From NCBI GenBank assembly GCA_947169155.1, contig CAMVON010000006.1:987-64986 (forward strand): a DNA stretch of 64,000 nt. The letters run 5' to 3'. Below the pieces are notes generated by a model, which was not told the DNA's origin, searched no databases, and was given only the letters and a program-made list of their open reading frames with translations. The first letter of the stretch is position 1. Each line of letters starts with the position of its first letter. Source of the DNA: an uncultured Clostridiaceae bacterium (GTDB lineage: Bacteria; Bacillota; Clostridia; TANB77; CAG-465). Of this stretch, positions 9,059-18,589 are shown piece after piece. A program made the translations under genes and the position numbers.

Positions 9059-10361
9059 AGATAAAAATTCTACTCTATCTTCAAATGAAACAAAAAAGAA
9101 GAAAAAATCTTTATTAAGTGAAGAAGATTTACAAGGAATAGACATAGTACAAAGAAATAGAGAAGAATTAAAAGATGAAAGAGATAAAAGAATAAATAGT
9201 AAATTTGAAAGAAATGCTAGTGGACAGATGATAGAAGCTCCTCAAGTAAGATATAAAATAAGCGGAAAAGTATTAGCGATAATTGTAATTGCTATTATGG
9301 TTATAGCGTGGCTTTTATATAATGTTGGCCCAATATTTGGGATTCATATTAAACCTGTTAGTTCAAATATTGAGGAAAATAAGATAGAGTTTGTAACTAA
9401 AGAAAGTGATATATACGGAGAATACAATAATGAATTATTTGTATTTTCTAAAAATACTATTACTACATATAACGATAGATGTGAGGTTACTTGGACACAT
9501 AGTTTTTCAGATAGTTTTACACCAAAAATATATGTTAAAGGTAAGTATATGCTTGTTACTAATAATTCAACAGGTACATTATATTTATTTGAAAATAGTA
9601 AAGAAATATTAAATAAGAAAATTGATGGAACTATTAAAAATGTTTTCTTAGATAAATATGGAAATATGGCTATTGAGTATTCTGCTAATTCAGGATATAA
9701 CAATATGGTCAGTGTATATAACAAAAAAGGTGAAAATAGATATGATACATTTTTATCTCAAGAAGGAATAATTGATTTAGAGATGCTAGATAATGCAGAA
9801 AAGGTTGTATTTTGTGAGGCTGTAACAAATTCTTCTACGGTAGGTGTAAAGTTTAGAGTTATAGATATTACAAAAAGCGAAGATGAAATGTTAAAAGATA
9901 TAGTTACTTTAGATAATAGTTTTGTATACAATTTCTTTGTGGATAAAAAAGATATATATGCATTACTAAATGATAAGATTGTTAAAATAAATATTAATTC
10001 TGGAGATATAGAAACTATAAAAGAATTTAATGATACAACACTTATGTATGTTTCAATTAATAAAGACTATTTTACTACTTTAGATAGAAATATTGAAAAT
10101 AACAATTATGTTTTAGATAATGTTGGGTATAGTCAAGATAAAGTTTCACAGACAACTTTAGAATTAGCTCCAAAGAGTATGATTATATCTGGTCTTGTTA
10201 ATTATTTTATTTATCAAGATCATATTCAAATATATAATAAATGGGGAGTAGATTTAGGATCTAGAGAGATTAATTTTATTCCTAAAAAGTCTATTGCTTT
10301 TAATCATGGAAAAAGTTTAGCTCTAATTTATACAAATAAAATTTATATTGTTAATTTATAA
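9045..10361 (+). CDS. Hypothetical membrane-anchored protein (one N-terminal TM, large extracytoplasmic domain)
   Basis: MKKNKDKNST... with the TM helix VLAIIVIAIMVIAWLLY; no recognisable catalytic motif. The start at 9045 (RBS gggaga) is preferred over 9018, which lies inside rarA. Confidence 0.55.
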   Translation: MKKNKDKNSTLSSNETKKKKKSLLSEEDLQGIDIVQRNREELKDERDKRINSKFERNASGQMIEAPQVRYKISGKVLAIIVIAIMVIAWLLYNVGPIFGIHIKPVSSNIEENKIEFVTKESDIYGEYNNELFVFSKNTITTYNDRCEVTWTHSFSDSFTPKIYVKGKYMLVTNNSTGTLYLFENSKEILNKKIDGTIKNVFLDKYGNMAIEYSANSGYNNMVSVYNKKGENRYDTFLSQEGIIDLEMLDNAEKVVFCEAVTNSSTVGVKFRVIDITKSEDEMLKDIVTLDNSFVYNFFVDKKDIYALLNDKIVKININSGDIETIKEFNDTTLMYVSINKDYFTTLDRNIENNNYVLDNVGYSQDKVSQTTLELAPKSMIISGLVNYFIYQDHIQIYNKWGVDLGSREINFIPKKSIAFNHGKSLALIYTNKIYIVNL

Positions 10362-10374
10362 GGAGGAAGTATTG

Positions 10375-11007
10375 ATGATATTAGTTGATATACTTGTTAT
10401 ACTACTAGTTGTACTTGGTGCATTTAGTGGTCATAAAAAAGGATTAGTGGGAATACTTGTTGGATTTGCTGCTTTAATTTTATCTATAGTTTTGGCATTT
10501 ATGTTCCAATCAGTGGTTGCAGATGCAATATATGATACTGGACTTGGACAATCTGTAGCTCAAATGGCAAAAACCAATATGCAAGATATGATGAAAAATG
10601 GCGAAAGCGTTGACAAGTCTATATATGGTAAGGTATTATCTAATGCAGTTACAGATGATAATTTAACAGTTGCATCAGAAAATATATCTAGATTTGTAAT
10701 GAAAGGATTAAGTTTTATAGCAATATTCTTAATTGTAAGAATAATATGCTATATATTACAAATGATACTTAATGTAGTATTTAATTTACCAATATTAAGT
10801 ACAATTAATGGAATGGGAGGTACTATTGTTGGAGGTCTTTCTGTGTTAATTAAAATATGGATTGTTCTTGCTTTAATTTCATTTATATCTCCGCTTCCTA
10901 TGTTTGATAGCATAATTAGTTATATAGATAAAACATTCCTAGTAAAATTCCTTTACAACAATAATTTATTGGTTGCTGTTGTAAAAGCAGGACTTAGATT
11001 AAAATAG
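10375..11007 (+). CDS. cvpA: CvpA family membrane protein (colicin V production protein-like)
   Basis: MILVDILVILLVVLGAFSGHKKGLVGILVGFAALILS... is the typical CvpA N-terminus with four TM segments; the RBS aaggagg is upstream. Confidence 0.75.
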   Translation: MILVDILVILLVVLGAFSGHKKGLVGILVGFAALILSIVLAFMFQSVVADAIYDTGLGQSVAQMAKTNMQDMMKNGESVDKSIYGKVLSNAVTDDNLTVASENISRFVMKGLSFIAIFLIVRIICYILQMILNVVFNLPILSTINGMGGTIVGGLSVLIKIWIVLALISFISPLPMFDSIISYIDKTFLVKFLYNNNLLVAVVKAGLRLK

Positions 11008-11098
11008 GATAAATTATGAGTTAGAAGTTATGGATTCCATAACTTCTAATTTGCTTTTATGGCTTAGTTACAAATTTAGATTTAAATTATAGGAGGTA

Positions 11099-11689
11099 AT
11101 GATGAAAAAGGTAATTATTAAATTTTTAGAATTTGTAAGTAAGTATAAGTCATATATCATTGTAGTTATTATATTTATTGCTTCTGGTATCTCTTTGGTG
11201 ATGGAAAATAGTAAAAATAAAAACAATATTACAATAAATGATAATGAGATTGTAAATAAAAAAGGATTAATTGCTGTATATATAACTGGAGAAGTAAACA
11301 ATCCAGGAGTGTATTATATAGATGATGGAATGAGACTAAATGACATAGTTGAGCTATGTGGTGGGTTTAAAGATACGGCAGATTTAAGCGAGGTTAATCT
11401 TGCTGAAAAGTTAAATGATTCAGATAAAATATATATACCAAAGCTTGTTAATGAAAGTAATGAAGAAATAGATTTAGAAGAAAATTCAAATAATGATTAT
11501 GGAAAAATTAATATCAATACTGCAGATAAATTTCAGTTAAAAGAACTTGAAGGAATAGGCGATACACTTGCAGATAATATAATAAAATATAGAAATAAAA
11601 CTAAGTTTAAAAATATAGAAGATATTTTAAATGTTGAAGGGATAGGACAGGCTAAGTATGAAAAAATAAAAGAATATATTTGTATTTAG
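11099..11689 (+). CDS. comEA: Competence protein ComEA (SLBB plus tandem helix-hairpin-helix DNA-binding domain)
   Basis: N-terminal TM; ININTADKFQLKELEGIGDTLADNIIKYR...ILNVEGIGQAKYEKIKEYI is the ComEA HhH signature. Confidence 0.85.
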   Translation: MMKKVIIKFLEFVSKYKSYIIVVIIFIASGISLVMENSKNKNNITINDNEIVNKKGLIAVYITGEVNNPGVYYIDDGMRLNDIVELCGGFKDTADLSEVNLAEKLNDSDKIYIPKLVNESNEEIDLEENSNNDYGKININTADKFQLKELEGIGDTLADNIIKYRNKTKFKNIEDILNVEGIGQAKYEKIKEYICI

Positions 11690-11705
11690 TATACTATTAT
11701 TTAGT

Positions 11706-12233
11706 ATGAGATTATATTTATATATGAATAAAGAGTATTTAAGATTAATTGCTCCTAAAATACTAAATTTATCTTTAGATATTAACTATTATGAGTATTC
11801 TGAAAGAAGGTCTTGTTCGCAAAACAATAATATTGGTGTTAAGCCGGAAATAAGGTTTAATGAAGAAAAAAAGAATGATGGAAAAATTGAAATAATTAAA
11901 GATAATGGTGAAATGTCTAATGTTGAAATTACTAAAAGATATATAAATATTGAAGATGTAACTCAGATAAAGAATAATTATTTATATTTTAATATTATTG
12001 AAAATATAGTAGAGGATAATAATGTTATAATGATATGTGGAGTGATTGAAAATGTAAATGAAGATAATACATTTAGTATAAATAATTGTATCGTTATATA
12101 TCCAAATGAATGTGAAGACATTATTAGAGAATTGTACAAGTTTAAGTGTGAAATAAAATGCTTTGTATTTAAATTAAAATGTGCTAAAAATCCAATTTTG
12201 ATATCAAAACTACTAACTATATTCTTAGAATAG
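11706..12233 (+). CDS. Hypothetical protein (cysteine-containing, no recognised domain)
   Basis: ORF with only a weak RBS; an alternative start at 11724 is possible. Confidence 0.35.
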   Translation: MRLYLYMNKEYLRLIAPKILNLSLDINYYEYSERRSCSQNNNIGVKPEIRFNEEKKNDGKIEIIKDNGEMSNVEITKRYINIEDVTQIKNNYLYFNIIENIVEDNNVIMICGVIENVNEDNTFSINNCIVIYPNECEDIIRELYKFKCEIKCFVFKLKCAKNPILISKLLTIFLE

Positions 12234-12237
12234 AAAA

Positions 12238-12275
12238 AGCCTTAAATAGTCAATTTGCTATTTAAGACTTTTTAA
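12238..12275. terminator. Bidirectional hairpin (cttaaatag/ctatttaag) between convergent genes
   Basis: A 9-bp stem at 12241-12249 and 12258-12266, with T-runs on both sides. Confidence 0.65.
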
Positions 12276-13288
12276 AATTCATTGTATATTTGTTCAACAT
12301 AACTCATGTTATTTTTTACCATGTTTATATATTGTGGTGCAAGTTCTGGATCAAATTGAGTTCCTGCACCTTTTTCTATTTCTGTAAGTGCAAACTCTAT
12401 TGTTTGCCCTTCCTTATATGTACGTTTTGATACTATTGCATCAAAGGAGTCACATATAGTTAATATTCTTGCTAGATATGGTATTTGTTTTCCTCCAATA
12501 CCAGCTGGATATCCTTTTGAATCATATCTTTCATGATGATGATACATTATTGGATAAATATCTTTATATATATCTGATACTGAAAAAATATTTGCAGCAA
12601 TTACTGGATGAGTTTTAATAACGTTATATTCTTCATCTGTAAGTCTTGATGTTTTTAATAATATATTGTCTGGTATACCAATCTTTCCTATATCATGGAA
12701 AGCAGCTGCAATTTGCAAGTCAGATTTTTGTCTTTGATCTAAATTCAAGTAGTTTGCAAAAGCAATACATAATAGAGTTACTCTTCTTGAATGTTCTTCT
12801 GTATAATGATCCTTAGCTCCAATTGTTTGTAGTAGAATTTTTGCAAAATCTACTAAGTAATGATCCAATTGGTTGTTCATTGTTTTAATTTTATTTATTT
12901 GTTCAATGTACTTTATTCCTCCTTGAATAAGCAATATTAGATTATCAAAGCGATTACTTTTTTCATAGTAAGCTTGTATATCTAAATGTTGCATAGTTTC
13001 AATGGAAGGTGCTAGGTCTTTATGAATAGACATTAGAATTATATATATTTCTTTATTAAATTCTCTGACTGTTTCTACAATTTTATCGCCTTTTACTGGT
13101 GTCATCAAATAGTTGACAAGTAAAATATCATATTTATTTCTTCTGAGTTCCTCTATAGCTGCTAGGGGTTCAGTGTATGTTTTCACTTCGTGTCCATACC
13201 TTCTTAATACAACAGAAAGAACATCCATCATATTTACGTCGTCATCGATAACTAGTATTTTGGCTCTAACTAATTTATCGTTATTCAT
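12272..13288 (-). CDS. Response regulator with HD-GYP domain (c-di-GMP phosphodiesterase, RpfG-like)
   Basis: N-terminal REC domain (ILVIDDD...D...K). C-terminal HD (AAFHDIGKIGIP) ... HHHERYDSKGYPAG, which is the GYP signature. Confidence 0.85.
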   Translation of the reverse strand: MNNDKLVRAKILVIDDDVNMMDVLSVVLRRYGHEVKTYTEPLAAIEELRRNKYDILLVNYLMTPVKGDKIVETVREFNKEIYIILMSIHKDLAPSIETMQHLDIQAYYEKSNRFDNLILLIQGGIKYIEQINKIKTMNNQLDHYLVDFAKILLQTIGAKDHYTEEHSRRVTLLCIAFANYLNLDQRQKSDLQIAAAFHDIGKIGIPDNILLKTSRLTDEEYNVIKTHPVIAANIFSVSDIYKDIYPIMYHHHERYDSKGYPAGIGGKQIPYLARILTICDSFDAIVSKRTYKEGQTIEFALTEIEKGAGTQFDPELAPQYINMVKNNMSYVEQIYNEF

Positions 13289-13308
13289 ACATTTTCACCT
13301 ATGCGTAT

Positions 13309-13337
13309 AGTATAACAAATTATGTCAAAATAATCAA
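13309..13337 (-). promoter_or_regulatory. Minus-strand sigma-A type promoter TTGATT-17-TATACT for the HD-GYP regulator
   Basis: Read on the reverse complement: cttgatt attttgacataatttgt tatact, followed by ...aggtgaaaatgt ATG. Confidence 0.45.
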
Positions 13338-13397
13338 GATAAACATTGTATTCAAACTACATAATTAAAGATTTTTCACTAAAAATTGAAAATATGC

Positions 13398-13426
13398 TTG
13401 ACAAAACATCAAAACAGCATTATACT
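13398..13426 (+). promoter_or_regulatory. Orphan plus-strand near-consensus promoter TTGACA-17-TATACT inside the 425-nt intergenic region (points antisense into mecA)
   Basis: TTGACA at 13398-13403, a 17-nt spacer and TATACT at 13421-13426. There is no plus-strand CDS downstream for about 1 kb. Confidence 0.35.
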
Positions 13427-13680
13427 TTATGCGGCTTTTTAAAGAAGCTGCTAATCAATCCAAAAATAACAAAAAAATTCATACTAATTTTTATATAAAT
13501 AGCTCAGTCTAAACGAGTTTATTTTTAATCACATTTATTTTATTCAAAAGAATTCTATAATATAGTATAGTGTTTTATAAATACAAAAATATAAACCAAA
13601 TTTCAGTTTTTTGTTTATTTAATTTAATATACTATTTTTTCTATTAATTTTTAAAATATAATGTGTGTATATAATTTTCT

Positions 13681-13708
13681 AAAAAAAGAGCAGGCTTTAT
13701 AGCCTGCC
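13681..13708 (-). terminator. Rho-independent terminator of mecA (gcaggct-ttat-agcctgc, T-run on minus strand)
   Basis: The stem is at 13690-13707, and aaaaaaag at 13681-13688 reads as a U-run on the minus strand. Confidence 0.75.
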
Positions 13709-13713
13709 TAAAT

Positions 13714-14304
13714 CTAAATCTTAGATAATTTGTGTAGAGCTCTGTTTTGAATAATTACAGATCCTTTTTCTGAAATTGTTGCATAGTGCATGTCATATGC
13801 ATAGTATCTTGAACAGAACTCACTCATCATAACATACGTTTTAATAAAACGTTTATTTCTAATAGCACTTTCACTAAATAATAAGAAATATTTATCTTGG
13901 TACTTATATAGTGTATTAGTTCCAAAAAATAGGCTTTCACTTTTTGCTATTTTGCAAAAATCTAGAATTGCATCAAGTGAATTAAACTCATATAGACGAG
14001 AGTCTATCCTATATTGCACTTTACCTTTCTTTTGGTAACTATTTATATCTGGTAGTGAATCTGTTTTTGTTATGGTTAAAACAAATGTATTTGTATTATC
14101 CGCAGCAGCTTCAATAAATAGCTGAGAGTCTTCGTTATCTATAAATTCTTCATCTAGATTTGACTCTTCTATTAATGACTTAAAGAAATTTCTTGCAAGT
14201 GAGTTGTTCATTTGCAATTCAGATATAGATATATTTCTCATCTCAAGTTCTTCAAGAGATAGTATTATTTTCACTTTATTTTCGTCAACTTTTTCTATTT
14301 TCAT
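13714..14304 (-). CDS. mecA: Adaptor protein MecA (ClpC adaptor / negative regulator of competence)
   Basis: N-terminus MKIEKVDENKVKIILSLEELEMRNI and C-terminus YKYQDKYFLLFSES...ATISEKGSVIIQNRALHKL follow the B. subtilis MecA pattern (MEIERINEHTVKFY...EYGKLIISEHALETIKKHF). Confidence 0.8.
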   Translation of the reverse strand: MKIEKVDENKVKIILSLEELEMRNISISELQMNNSLARNFFKSLIEESNLDEEFIDNEDSQLFIEAAADNTNTFVLTITKTDSLPDINSYQKKGKVQYRIDSRLYEFNSLDAILDFCKIAKSESLFFGTNTLYKYQDKYFLLFSESAIRNKRFIKTYVMMSEFCSRYYAYDMHYATISEKGSVIIQNRALHKLSKI

Positions 14305-14412
14305 AGTTATCAGCCCCTCTCAAAAGAGTGTTCCTTTAGTAATTATATGTATTATATAATTAAAGAGTTACTATGTCAATAATAGAATATTTACAAAAGA
14401 ACTAATTATTTC

Positions 14413-14441
14413 TTGCAAATTACATAATATTATGGTATAAT
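14413..14441 (+). promoter_or_regulatory. Sigma-A type promoter TTGCAA-17-TATAAT for rpsF-ssb-rpsR
   Basis: -35 at 14413-14418 and -10 at 14436-14441. A 7-bp hairpin (actatac/gtatagt) follows in the leader, a candidate S6:S18 autoregulatory element. Confidence 0.5.
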
Positions 14442-14508
14442 AGTGCACGTATAAAATCCTTACTATACATAAAGTATAGTCTGAGTCCACGAGGAGGTGA
14501 GTAGAGTC

Positions 14509-14793
14509 ATGAATAAATATGAATCAGTTATAATACTTTCAGCTAACGCATCAGAAGAAGCTATGGCAGCTTTTGGTGAAAAAATGAAAGAACTAATTTC
14601 AGCTAATGGCGAACTTACAAGTGTTGATGAATGGGGTAAGAAAACTTTCGCATACGAAATCAAAAAAGAAAAAGAAGGTTTCTACACTTTATTCACATTT
14701 ACAGCTAAACCAGAATTTATAGCTGAACTTGATAGAGTTTTAAGACTAGATGAAACTGTTCTAAAACACATGATAGTTAAATTAGAAGACTAA
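14509..14793 (+). CDS. rpsF: 30S ribosomal protein S6
   Basis: MNKYESVIILSANASEE...; RBS gaggagg at 14491-14497. The ORF-track start at 14497 is a GTG inside the RBS. Confidence 0.93.
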   Translation: MNKYESVIILSANASEEAMAAFGEKMKELISANGELTSVDEWGKKTFAYEIKKEKEGFYTLFTFTAKPEFIAELDRVLRLDETVLKHMIVKLED

Positions 14794-14813
14794 TATTTAT
14801 AGGAGGTAATGAA

Positions 14814-15224
14814 ATGAATAAATTTCAATTTATGGGAAGATTAACAAGGGATCCTGAAACAAGAGTATTACCAAACAGCAGTACAAACGTTACTACTTTT
14901 TCACTAGCTGTTAATAGAAGATTTGCAGATGCAAATGGAGAAAGAAAAACAGATTTCTTTAACTTGACTGCATTTGGAAGATTAGCAGATTTTTGTGGAA
15001 AGTACTACAAAAAAGGACAACAAGTATTAGTCGAAGGAAGAATCCAAAACAGATCATGGGATGATCAAAATGGTCAAAAAAGATATGCTACAGACTTTAT
15101 AGTTGAAAATGCATACTTTGCTGATTCTAGAAGAGATCAAGACATGCCTGCTGGAGAAGTACCTTCATCTAGTATGGATGGTGAATTTATCACAGTAGAA
15201 GATACAGATGATTTACCATTTTAA
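14814..15224 (+). CDS. ssb: Single-stranded DNA-binding protein
   Basis: OB-fold core (RLTRDPETRVLPNSSTNVTTFSLAVNRRF) plus the acidic C-terminal tip ...DTDDLPF. Confidence 0.93.
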   Translation: MNKFQFMGRLTRDPETRVLPNSSTNVTTFSLAVNRRFADANGERKTDFFNLTAFGRLADFCGKYYKKGQQVLVEGRIQNRSWDDQNGQKRYATDFIVENAYFADSRRDQDMPAGEVPSSSMDGEFITVEDTDDLPF

Positions 15225-15256
15225 TTAATAATTAGTTGATAGGAGGATAATTAAAA

Positions 15257-15514
15257 ATGGCTGATAACAAAAAAAGAGGCGCTAAAAACGACAAACCATA
15301 CAGAAGACCAAGAAAAAAAGTTTGCGTATTTTGTGCAGATAAAGTAGATAGCATTGATTATAAAGATGCTGAAAAATTAAGAAAATATATTAGCGATAAA
15401 GGTAAAATTCTACCAAGAAGAGTAACTGGATGTTGCGCTAAACACCAAAGAAAAGTAACTGAAGCCGTTAAAAGAGCAAGAACAATTGCACTTTTACCAT
15501 TTACAGTTAAATAA
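15257..15514 (+). CDS. rpsR: 30S ribosomal protein S18
   Basis: [22 protein letters not shown]...[24 protein letters not shown] matches S18. Confidence 0.95.
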   Translation: MADNKKRGAKNDKPYRRPRKKVCVFCADKVDSIDYKDAEKLRKYISDKGKILPRRVTGCCAKHQRKVTEAVKRARTIALLPFTVK

Positions 15515-15526
15515 TATATGAATTTA

Positions 15527-15555
15527 GGACAACCTTATGGGTTGTCTTTTTTTAT
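15527..15555 (+). terminator. Rho-independent terminator after rpsR (ggacaacc-ttat-gggttgtc + T7)
   Basis: Stem at 15527-15546, then ttttttt. Confidence 0.8.
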
Positions 15556-15607
15556 TCTGTTTAGCAATAATTATTTTTATTCATATACTATCTTGAGGTG
15601 TTATTTT

Positions 15608-16474
15608 ATGGATTTTAAGATAGGAGATATAGTAGCTAGAAAATCGTATAACTACGATGTGCTATTTAGAGTTATACATATTAGTAATGATGGAGTTGCA
15701 GATCTTGTTGGTATTACAACTAGAATTTTAGCTGATGCTTATCTTTATGATTTAAAATTAATTGGTAAAGATGAATTAAATGCTAGATTAAAAAATATTT
15801 CAAATAGCAGAAGGACTAGAATGAATAGATCATATGATAATTTAAATAAAAATAGAGGTGTCTTTAATAATTATCGTGAAAACTCAAATTTTAGTAAAAT
15901 GTACCAAAGAGAAAAAACATATAAAAAGCCTGGAAGCGTTTTACATCTTGATGGAGATGGAGAATATTGCAAGGAATGCAAAAAGATATATAAGGAAATG
16001 GGACTAAATGCTATAATATATAATTTGAATGAAAAAGACCAATACAAGCATGTTCCAACATTACTTAATAGGTATAAGCCGGAAATCTTAGTTTTAACTG
16101 GGCATGATGCTTTTGTTAAAAGACGTAATGATATATATAATATAGATAATTACAAAAATTCAAAGTATTACATTCAAGCTGTACTTGAAGCTAGAAAATT
16201 TGAACATAATTTAGATAATCTTGTTATATTTGCAGGTGCTTGTCAAAGTTATTATGAGGCAATAGTGTCTGCTGGAGCAAATTTTGCTAGTGCACCTAAA
16301 AGAGTTTTAATAGATATGATGGACCCAATGATAGTAGCTCAAAGTGTAGCGTATACACCAGTTAATGAGTTTGTATCACTAGAAAATATAATATCAAATA
16401 CAAGAGAGGGGATAAATGGAATAGGTGGTCTTCAGACACGAGGACAATATAGAATAGGGATGCCTGGATTATAA
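15608..16474 (+). CDS. yabG: Sporulation-specific protease YabG
   Basis: MDFKIGDIVARKSYNYDVLFRVIHI... gives a 288-aa YabG-like protein. The start was chosen at 15608 (RBS gaggtg); the ORF-track N-terminal extension is likely spurious. Confidence 0.75.
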   Translation: MDFKIGDIVARKSYNYDVLFRVIHISNDGVADLVGITTRILADAYLYDLKLIGKDELNARLKNISNSRRTRMNRSYDNLNKNRGVFNNYRENSNFSKMYQREKTYKKPGSVLHLDGDGEYCKECKKIYKEMGLNAIIYNLNEKDQYKHVPTLLNRYKPEILVLTGHDAFVKRRNDIYNIDNYKNSKYYIQAVLEARKFEHNLDNLVIFAGACQSYYEAIVSAGANFASAPKRVLIDMMDPMIVAQSVAYTPVNEFVSLENIISNTREGINGIGGLQTRGQYRIGMPGL

Positions 16475-16524
16475 GCTTGATTATTTTTAATTCTTGGTTT
16501 ATTATTATATTAGAGGTGTTCTGA

Positions 16525-16980
16525 ATGAAAAATAAAATTGTAATTTTTACGATAATTTTTTTATTGATTATAATTCTAATAGTTGGTGTTATTCTAAGAA
16601 ACAAAAATATAAAAGAGTTATCTACATATTGTGATGAAACAAAACAAGTTGAAATTGTTGAAAAAATAATAAAAGAAATTACTTCTGATATTGATACGCA
16701 AAAGTATAACGTTAGAATTAATAGAACTTGTTATCATAATTTCTTTATTGACACTAGCTCATTTGATTTAAAAAGTACTGAAAGATTAATAATGGATCAA
16801 ACATTGTCACCCGAAAATGAACATTCATATATTATTTCTATTATAGGTGACAAAAAAACTAAAGAATTAACAGTAATTGTTGATAGTGATGATGGATTAG
16901 ATACTAGTGTGTATAGATATAAACTGTTAATTGTAAATGATGAATTAGTATTAGATGATTATAAAAAAGAAGTCATGTAA
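16525..16980 (+). CDS. Hypothetical membrane-anchored protein
   Basis: N-terminal TM IVIFTIIFLLIIILIVGVIL; no recognised domain. Confidence 0.45.
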   Translation: MKNKIVIFTIIFLLIIILIVGVILRNKNIKELSTYCDETKQVEIVEKIIKEITSDIDTQKYNVRINRTCYHNFFIDTSSFDLKSTERLIMDQTLSPENEHSYIISIIGDKKTKELTVIVDSDDGLDTSVYRYKLLIVNDELVLDDYKKEVM

Positions 16981-16998
16981 AATGACTTCCTTTTTATT
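16969..16998. terminator. Bidirectional terminator hairpin (gaagtcat-gtaaa-atgacttc) between convergent genes
   Basis: An 8-bp perfect stem with a T-run downstream on the plus strand. Confidence 0.7.
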
Positions 16999-18415
16999 TA
17001 TATATACTGTATAAATTCATATCCCAAAATACTCCATTAATGTAGTATGATTTTGATCTTTTCCCATGAAATTTTTCTAGTTTTTTGTGTATCTTGTTTG
17101 ATGCAACGTTAAAAGCAAATACATAACTAGAAACAGCATAGTAACCATTAGATAGCAAAACTTCTATTGATTTATCTAGTGATTTTGTTCCTATTCCTTT
17201 ATTTTGTAATGAAGGTTTGATAGCAAGTTCTAATACAGCGTTTCTTCCTCTCTCATTCATTATATTGATAAATCCACAGTACTCATTTTTGCTATTAATA
17301 AGAACATAAGATAAATTTTTAACTAGTTTTGATATGCCATAATTACCATTGCCTTCTTGAATTATATATTTGTCTTCGCCAAGTGGAATAGAAAAATGTT
17401 CTCTATCTTGCAGTGCATCAATGTGTCCTTTTACAATTGATTCTAAAGAAATATTTAACTGCTTTAATTCTTTAGGTGAAATAGCTGTGTATTCATTATC
17501 TATTTTAAAGATTTTTGGAAGTGTTATTGACTTCAAATCATTTACTTTAATTTTTCTATTTTTTGGTAAATATGTTAGTTTTTCTTTTTCCATTTCTGGA
17601 TAATGTTCAAAAAGATATGCAGATTCAATATAGTCATCATATTCCATAGAATAAGGGAGCACACCATAAAAGTTCATTTTACTTTTAAGTAATGAGTCTA
17701 AAACTATAGTGTTACTTGCTGGCACTTCGGCAATTAAACTATATATATTGTTTCCATGTAAATAATCTATATAATGATTTATTGCTGTTGGCAATATTTT
17801 TTCTGCAAGTTCTTCGTTTGCACTTTCATCTAGTTCTATTTTAATTGTTCCACGTTTGTTTGACCAAATTAATGAGTCTACACTAAGTTTTGCAATTAAA
17901 AAATTTCTAAACATTACATTTACAGGATAATTTTTTGAAGTGTTGTCTTTATCTTCAAATAAGTAAAGTGATTTAAGAGTTGCATCTTTATATAATACGC
18001 AGTTATATTGTGTTTTCATTATTTCTTCATTAATAACTGTGATTGTAGTTGTATTTTCTATTCCTAAATCATTGATAAGGAAATTTTCGTATCCTTCAAC
18101 AATATCGTAAATGTCTGGTTTTGGTTTGCTTTTTTCTAATCCGATTACAATTGATGCATAGTTTTTGCTTGTGTTGATATCTTCAACTCCTATGAACCCT
18201 ATTAGTTCGTTGGTTTTTTTATCTAAAATGCTTCCACGATATGCAGTTGGCATATTGCTAAACATATCATCTACAGCAATTGTATTTTTTCCTTTGTTTT
18301 TTAAAAACATACGACCAATTTCTTTGGCCCTTTCTTCGTAGACATCAAAGCTTCCTATTACATAGTTACCAATGTCTAATTTTGGAATAAAATTCCTACT
18401 ACTATTATAATCCAT
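16994..18415 (-). CDS. GNAT-family N-acetyltransferase, two-domain protein (about 474 aa)
   Basis: The C-terminal GNAT fold is visible (CGFINIMNERGRNAVLELAIKPSLQNKGIGTKSL...YAVSSYVFAFNVASNKIHKKLEKFHG). The start is taken as the internal ATG at 18415, which has an aaggagg RBS; the ORF-track start at 18553 lacks one. Confidence 0.65.
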   Translation of the reverse strand: MDYNSSRNFIPKLDIGNYVIGSFDVYEERAKEIGRMFLKNKGKNTIAVDDMFSNMPTAYRGSILDKKTNELIGFIGVEDINTSKNYASIVIGLEKSKPKPDIYDIVEGYENFLINDLGIENTTTITVINEEIMKTQYNCVLYKDATLKSLYLFEDKDNTSKNYPVNVMFRNFLIAKLSVDSLIWSNKRGTIKIELDESANEELAEKILPTAINHYIDYLHGNNIYSLIAEVPASNTIVLDSLLKSKMNFYGVLPYSMEYDDYIESAYLFEHYPEMEKEKLTYLPKNRKIKVNDLKSITLPKIFKIDNEYTAISPKELKQLNISLESIVKGHIDALQDREHFSIPLGEDKYIIQEGNGNYGISKLVKNLSYVLINSKNEYCGFINIMNERGRNAVLELAIKPSLQNKGIGTKSLDKSIEVLLSNGYYAVSSYVFAFNVASNKIHKKLEKFHGKRSKSYYINGVFWDMNLYSIYK

Positions 18416-18550
18416 AGCAGTTCCTCCTTTAATAATAATTTTTCCGGACAAAGTATAATAAACATCCGCTATTATTATAGCATAATGAAGGATAAAATAC
18501 AAGTTATGTAAACAACATTGCTTTTTAATTGAATATATATTTGAAATTGG

Positions 18551-18580
18551 CAAAAAAATAAGAGCCCTAAGGCTCTTTAT
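18551..18580 (-). terminator. Rho-independent terminator of rpsT (agagcc-ctaa-ggctct)
   Basis: The T-run lies on the minus strand (caaaaaaataa on plus at 18551-18561). Confidence 0.7.
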
Positions 18581-18589
18581 TTATCTTAA

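Noticed and set aside
9344-9724. Minus-strand 126-aa and plus-strand 68-aa ORFs overlapping the 9045-10361 gene
   Set aside because: They are AT-rich shadow frames without an RBS. The plus-strand 439-aa frame has an RBS, a TM segment and continuous coding character.
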